From positions 25,113,955-25,175,954 of the forward strand of contig NC_057718.1 in assembly GCF_004010195.1 (NCBI RefSeq): a stretch of DNA of 62,000 nucleotides. The letters run 5' to 3'. Positions 1 to 62,000 of the stretch are shown piece after piece. The notes under the pieces were generated by a model, which was given only the letters and a program-made list of their open reading frames with translations, did not search any database and had not been told where the DNA came from. The position numbers and the translations under genes were made by a program. Positions within the stretch are counted from its first letter, which is position 1; every line of letters begins with the position of its first letter. The DNA comes from Chiloscyllium plagiosum. Lineage: Eukaryota.

Positions 1-788
1 AAGAAGCACAATATACGTTATTAGTTCAATGAAAAACTTCTTTGCTTTCCCAATTAGTTTCAAATAAAGGTGAACAATAGGTTCATATCATCAATGTGAT
101 ATAGAAAGGTGCCATTCAGTCGATTAAGTTTGTGTCAAGTTTCTGTAGAGCAATCCAGACCAATTTTTCTTGCTCATAGCTGTTCAGTGGCCCACACAGT
201 TTCCTTTTAAAGTCATTCATCTTTTCTGCTTCTCCCGAATGAGAATTCCAAGTTGTTAGCACTCCAAGGATAACAATCCCAGCTTTCCAAACCTAAGGTT
301 TTATCCGAAATTCCTCATCCTTGCAACCTTTTTGCTAAATCTCTTCTTCGTACTCCGTGTTTTTGTGTATGTCAGGAACATCCTTACAGCTCAAAGTGTA
401 ATTGATTGCAGCAGTCATGTGTCCCATGTTTAGTCACATAGCAGTGGCAAGCAAGAAAAGTCAATACCTGCTGGCAGATGATTCAACTTCAGGTTGGGAT
501 AGGTTTTGAAATGCTGCTCCCTGCATGCATCCAGGTGGGAAGAGCTGCTACCGGTTGGGAGAAGTGTTTATTGACCCATCATTAAAATTTTTCAGCAAAT
601 TACAGCCTCCAACCTTCCATGACACCACCCATCAGGTGATTCCCATCGCTCTCTGCTTTTATCTATCAATCTATGTTCCTAGACCCCTCCTTGCCGCATC
701 CACTCTGCCAATGTATCAAGATCTTCAAGTTCTCCTGCAGACTAAATGCCAAGCTCCTCCCATGACACAATTGCCTCCTCCCACTTAG

Positions 789-3090
789 AGCGTATGTAAA
801 TAGTCCAACGCAGGAAGGGGCCATACTGGACCTAGTGTTTGGAAATGAGCCCGGCCAGGTGGTCGATGCTTCAGTGGGGAATTACTTTGGGAATAGTGAT
901 CACAATTCCATAAGTTTTAGAATCCTTGTGGACAAAGACGAGAGTGGTCCTAAAGGAAGAGTGCTAAATTGGGGGAAGGCCAACTATACCAAAATTTGGC
1001 ACGAGCTGGGGAATGTAGTAGCTGTTTGAAGGTAAGTCCACTTTCAAAATGTGGGAGGCTTTTAAAGAGAGTTTGGTTGGAGTTCAGGAGAGGTAAGTTC
1101 CTGTGAAAATGAGGGACCGAATTGGCAAGGTTAGGGAACCATGGATGACAGGTGAAATTGTGAGACTAGCTAAGAGGAAAAAGGATGTGTACATAAGGTC
1201 TAGGCTACTGAAGACAAAGCTTTGGAAGAATATCAGGAATGTAGGACCAATCTGAAATGAGGAATTAAAAGGGCTAAAAGGGGTCATGAGATATCTTTAG
1301 CAAACAGGGTTAAGGAAAGTCCCAAAGCTTTTTTTTCACATGTAAGGAGCAAGAGGGTAACTAGAGAAGGGGTTTGCTCACTCAAGGACAAAGGGGGAAA
1401 GTTTTGGGTAGGGTCGGAGAAAATGGGTGAGATTCTTAATGAGTGCTTTGTATCAGTATTCACTAAGGAGAGGGACATGACGGATGTTGAGGTTAGAGAT
1501 GGATCTTTGATGGATCCAGGTCAAGTCAGCATAAGGAGGGAGGAAGTTTTGGGTATTCTAGAAGGCATTAAGGTCCCCAGGTCCGGATGGGATCTACGCC
1601 AGGTTACAGAGGGAAGAAAGAGAGGAAATAGCTGAGACTTTAACAGATATCTTTGCAGCATCCTTGAACACAGGTGAGGTCGCAGAGCACTGGAGAATTG
1701 CTAATGTTGTCCCCTTGTTTAAGAAGGGGAGCAGGGATACTCCAGGTAATTATAGACCGGTGAGCCTGATGTCAGTGGTAGTGAAGCTGCTGGAGAAGAT
1801 ACTAAGGGATAGGATCTATTCCCATTTGGAATAAAATGGGCTTATCAGTAATGGGCAGCATGGTTTTGTGTGGGGAAGGTCATGTCTTACAAACCTAATA
1901 GAATTCTTTGAGGAGGTGACAAAGTTGGTTGATGGGGGAAGGGCTGTAGATGTCAGAAATATGAGCTTGACTAAGGCGTTTGACAAGGCTCCCTATGGTA
2001 GGCTGATGAAGAAGGTGAAGTCACATGGGGTCCAAGGTGTTCTAGCTAGATGGATAGAGAACTGGCTAGGCAACAGGAGACAGAAAGTTGTAGTGGAAGG
2101 GGGTTTCTCAAAATGGAGACCTGTGAGCAGTGGTGTGCCACAGGGATCTGTGCTGGGACCAGTGGTGTTTGTGATTGGAGGAAGGTATTGGTTGCCTAAT
2201 TAGCAAGTTTGCAGATGACACCAAGATTGGTGGTGTAGCAGGTAGTGAAGGGGACTGTTAGAGAGTACAGCAGAATATAGGTAGATTGGAGAGATGGCCA
2301 GAGAAATAACAGATGGGGTTCAATCCGGGCAAATGCGAGGTGATGTATTTTGGAAGATACAATTCAAGAGCGAACTATACAGTAAATGGAAAAGTCCTGG
2401 GGAAAATTGACATAAAGAGAGAGCTGGATGTTCAGATCCACTGTTCCCTGAAGGTCACAATGCAGGTCAGTAGAATTGTCAAGAAGGCAACGGCATGCTT
2501 TCCTTCATCAGACAGGATATTGAGTACAAGCGTTGTATAAGACTTTAGTTCAACCACATTTGAAATACTGTGTACAGTTCTGGTCACCACATTACCAAAA
2601 GGATTTGGATGCTTTGGAGAGGGTGCAGAGGAGGATCACCAGGATGTTGCCTGGTATGGAGAGCACTAGCTATGAGGAGAGGTTGAGTAGATTAGGATTA
2701 TTTTCATTAGAAAGGCGGAGGTTTGAAGTCTACAAAATCACGAGAGGTATAGACAGGGTGAATAGCAAGAAGTTTTTTCCCAGAGTGTGGCACTCAATTA
2801 CTAGGGCTCATGAGTTCAAAGTGAGAGGAGAAAGGTTTAGGGGAGATATGCGTGGAAAGTCCTTTACGCAGAGAGTGGTGGGGGCCTGGAATGTGTTGCT
2901 AGCGGAGGTGGGAGAGGCGGGAACGATAAAGTCATTAAAGATGTATGTAAACAGACACATGAATGGGCAGGGAGCAAAGGGATACAGACCTTTAGCAAAT
3001 AGGTGACAGGCTTAGGTAGAGGATCTGGATTGGTGTAGGCTTGGAGGGCCAAAGGGCCTGTTCCTGTGCTGTAATTTCCTTTTTTCTTTG
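789..3090 (+). mobile_element. CR1-clade LINE, 5'-truncated and degenerate (endonuclease C-terminus, RT, 3' tail)
   Basis: Broken ORF pieces SDHNSISF, GRSCLTNLIEFFEEVT, GVPQGSVLGP, KFADD, YCVQFWSPHY; CR1 3' end GGGCCTGTTCCTGTGCTGTA. Confidence 0.92.
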
Positions 3091-3439
3091 TTAACTGTTC
3101 ACTTGGACCTGGACTCTCTCCAGCTGGAAATAAGTTAATAGAAATGGCCAGCTTCTCAGTCATCCTCCATTTAGAGCTTGTGACCCTCCATATTCCCACT
3201 GTCAACTTTGAGTCTGAACCACCGTCCTTGATTATTGCTGTGCACCCACCCCCCATCACCCTTGAGCCAGTGGAGTTGATATTGGACATCACTTCATTCG
3301 TCCTCCAATCCTGGACTCCATATTCTGCAATTATTTTTTCTGCAGTAGAATTCCTTGATGCGCCCTGTGGGATCTATGATTACCCTTGCCTCCAATTGGA
3401 TTCTTAGTTTGTTAAAGATGATAATAGGGGTGATACAAA

Positions 3440-3560
3440 AAAACCCAAAGAACTGTGTACGCTAGAAATCTGAAACAAAAACAGAAATTGATGGAGAAAC
3501 TCAGCAGCTCTGGTGGCATCTGTGCAAAGAAAACAAAGTCAACTCTATATTGAGTCCTAA
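3440..3560 (-). mobile_element. Degenerate Penelope-like terminal-repeat fragment
   Basis: aaacagaaattgatggagaaactcagcagctctggtggcatctgtg resembles the 146-bp repeats at 29711 and 30283. Confidence 0.4.
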
Positions 3561-4138
3561 AGGCCGCAGGGACTCCAAATGGAAAGTGGGATACTGTCAC
3601 TAATTCAATAATTTTACAGCCTTTTTCCTTGTCCTTTACCCACCTCCACATTCCAGGCCCTGTCATCACATGGACTGCTTTCATCACAGCCAACCCATTT
3701 TCAGCCATTCATGGTCCCCATTAGCAGTATTTCTTTCTCCCCAGCTTATCATTATCCATTCCTTTGTCTGCTAGAATCATACATTACAGAAACAATCAGG
3801 TTGGCCCATTGTTTTTGCACTGCTTTTGATGTGAAAGATGCCTCCAGCTCATCTTCTTTCCCTGTTCTTTGTCCATTTCATCCTGAGTGCTCAGCCTGAA
3901 ACTAGGCCCTGGACTCATGGTCTGGTGATGCTTCATTCTGACCTGTTTCTCAGTGGTTGTTTGCCATTGCCTTGCATTCACAGGTGTAGGGTATTTCCAT
4001 ATAGACCTGGAAAATTAGATTTTCTTTCTAAGTATGCATCCAATTTTCCTTTGAAAGTTTATTACTGAATGTGCTTATGTACATTTTAAAGTAGTGCACC
4101 CCAGATTATTACTTAATACTCATATTGGTTGAATGTAG

Positions 4139-59932
<55,794 letters not shown>

Positions 59933-60261
59933 CTTGAAGCAGCTAAGTGGGCAACAAATTTCTGGCAGTTTAATAGGAAATGGAAATTCAATATTTTTCT
60001 AATTTAAGAGATGACAGTCTGATTTTCCTCTGAGTAGTAAGGAGCTAACATTATTAGAAAATGTTTTTTATGTGTCAGCCATTGGTATCTATTGCCCCCT
60101 GCACGCAGGGCATAATTTCACCTGCATGGAGGTGGCAGAAGAGGTTGTGAGAAGGGGAGGTAAAGAAGTAAGCTGGCCCTGGAGAGAAACTCATTATTGT
60201 CACCTCAACAATTAAATGGTCATGAGTATTTTTTATTTTATTACTAGCCTATTCATTATTA

Positions 60262-60352
60262 CTCACTTCTGGAGCAGGGTGGGGGGGAGGGGGACTTGAA
60301 CCTAGGCCTCCTGTCATAGAGGTAGGGGCACTAACACTGCCAACAGAAACCC
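60262..60352 (-). mobile_element. Short tRNA-derived SINE within the presumptive kmo 3' UTR
   Basis: cttctggagcagggt...ggacttgaacctaggcctc...aggtaggggcacta, same family as 8425 and 27595. Confidence 0.6.
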
Positions 60353-60598
60353 TTGCTAGCAATTAAGTCTATTTTATTGTCAATTACTGGCCACATACAG
60401 GCCTCAGTTTGTTTCTTCCCTGACCACCTGCCTCCCTGGTGGGTGAGGAAAGTGGCTAGTTTTCAGAGTGAGAAGCTTTGGTAACTTACCTGCCAAGATG
60501 GGAAAGAGGAGTCTCTCGAACTGATCCAAACTGAAGGCAGTCGGAGACATGGATGGATGGATGGCAAAAACTGGACCACACTTCACATGACCCCGATA

Positions 60599-60604
60599 AA
60601 TAAA
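60599..60604 (+). promoter_or_regulatory. Candidate polyadenylation signal for kmo
   Basis: AATAAA downstream of the stop codon. Alternatives are ATTAAA at 60211-60216 and AATAAA at 60843-60848. No transcript evidence. Confidence 0.35.
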
Positions 60605-61357
60605 TACTTCTCACCACTGGTCCCTCAATCACGGAGCCACAGGGTCATTTACACGGACATTCGGATCCAGAAACTGCTGGGCTGTGATTGGCAGGCCGCA
60701 GTGTTGAAGACTGTGATAGGATGAGATATCCTCCCTCAACATTCTACTTTTCATGACCTAGTTGTTGTGTAGTTGGGTGAGCTATCTTGTCCACAGGGGT
60801 GACGTGTTGGTTGTCACTTAAAATGCTATCTCCAACCTTTGAAATAAAGTGGAAAAATTCTTCCCTTAGTTTAATTATTAACCTTGTTTCGTAATTCATC
60901 GACAGCCAATGTAGTGTGTTTTGGCAGGAATAGAAGCGAGAGACAAAGATTGGGCTGTTGCCCTGTTTCCAAACAACAGCAAAGTGATGGCGGCCTGAAA
61001 ATCACAGGGTAGCACTCATCAATCCATTTCTCTTGCCATCCACCATGTCCCATTTTTGGAGTAACAGTTGAAACAGAAGAGCAGCAGTCTGTGTCAAATC
61101 AGCCAGTACCCATCTTACAACATGGATATCAGGTTCCTTTGCCTTAAGTGGGAAGCATTGGTTGCAATGACATTTTTACAGTGATCTTCAAAGGAATTGC
61201 TGCAGAAAGCTGTAATTTAAAAAATACACACTCTCTCGCACTAACTTTTGTGGCCCCTACATAGGCTGATTCATTTCTCAGTGCCAAGACTTCATGTCAC
61301 AACCCTCCAACATTTCTGATGGCACCTACTTCCCCTATCACTACCTTCTTCCATACT

Positions 61358-62000
61358 ATGATGTGGCAGAGCCGGCATTGGATTGGCGTGGACAAAGTTA
61401 AAAATCACACAACCACAGGTTATAGTCCAACAGGTTTATTTGGAAGCACGAGCTTCATCAGGTGGTTGTGGAACAGGGCCATAAGGCACAGAAGTTATAG
61501 CAAAAGGTTACAGTGTCGTGTGGCTGAAATATATTAAACAAACTTTAATTGTGTCTTTCATCTATTAGAATGGTTTTGCTAGTTTTGGTTCATTAATATG
61601 TAAGTTACAGAATTCCTTTTTAAGTCACATTCTCAAGATAACTTCAGGTGTTCTAACAAAATGTGTCATCTCAGCTCAGACAATGCATTAAAGGTGTGAG
61701 GTTAAAGTTTGCCTGTGTCCAAATCTTGAGTCACATTGGTTCTCTTTCTAAAGTGGGATTTACAGAACCTTACATGGATTGACTGGAGGCTGTGCATTTC
61801 TTTGAGCAAAATAAAATATAATTCTGCAAATACAGATTCGCTCCATAAACTTATATGTGTGTGAATGCAGGAGAGAGAGACCGTGTGCATGTGGGTATGA
61901 GTGTGTGTGAGTAAGCTTGGTAAAGTATGCATGTGAGTATGATGAGGTATAAGCCTGTGAGAGGTGTATTTGTGTGTGTGTGTGTGCATATGAGAGAGAG
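61358..62000 (-). mobile_element. Penelope-like element 3' end, running off the window
   Basis: Homologous to 10722-11166 and to the reverse complement of 11511-11645; TG-rich tract at the end; HHR helix II deleted near 61450. Confidence 0.8.

Noticed and set aside
59933..62000. Convergent opn3 last exon, as in the mammalian KMO-OPN3 arrangement
   Set aside because: No opsin-like translation was seen on the minus strand within the window.

Overview
This is a vertebrate genomic window, very probably from a shark (HE1-type V-SINEs and abundant CR1 LINEs). It holds most of one protein-coding gene on the + strand, kynurenine 3-monooxygenase (kmo). Thirteen coding exons, equivalent to exons 3-15 of the human gene, run from 4206 to the stop at 59930-59932. 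All have GT-AG introns and splice into one uninterrupted frame; exons 1-2 were not found and presumably lie upstream. The introns are packed with decayed mobile DNA: many CR1 fragments, a second CR1/L2-group LINE family, Rex1/Babar 3' ends, one L1/Tx1-clade LINE, HE1 and other tRNA-derived SINEs, a TA-flanked MITE, solo LTRs, and a Gmr1-like LTR retrotransposon with SCAN-like Gag and PR-IN-RT-RH order. There are also several families of Penelope-like elements (PLEs) whose terminal repeats carry minimal hammerhead-ribozyme (HHR) motifs. The points most worth following up are: (i) a retrozyme-like mini-PLE with 146-bp direct repeats 572 bp apart whose HHR cores carry a compensatory U3-A8 change; (ii) an intact-core HHR insertion with a 12-bp TSD, and an antisense bias among the HHR copies; (iii) a late 371-bp templated duplication inside an inverted Penelope complex; (iv) a recursive-splice-site-like AG|GTAAGT at the start of exon 12. 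Exon coordinates were read base by base. Most repeat boundaries are approximate and family names come from motif recognition, not database searches. Two assembly gaps are present (11167-11229, 21961-22591).
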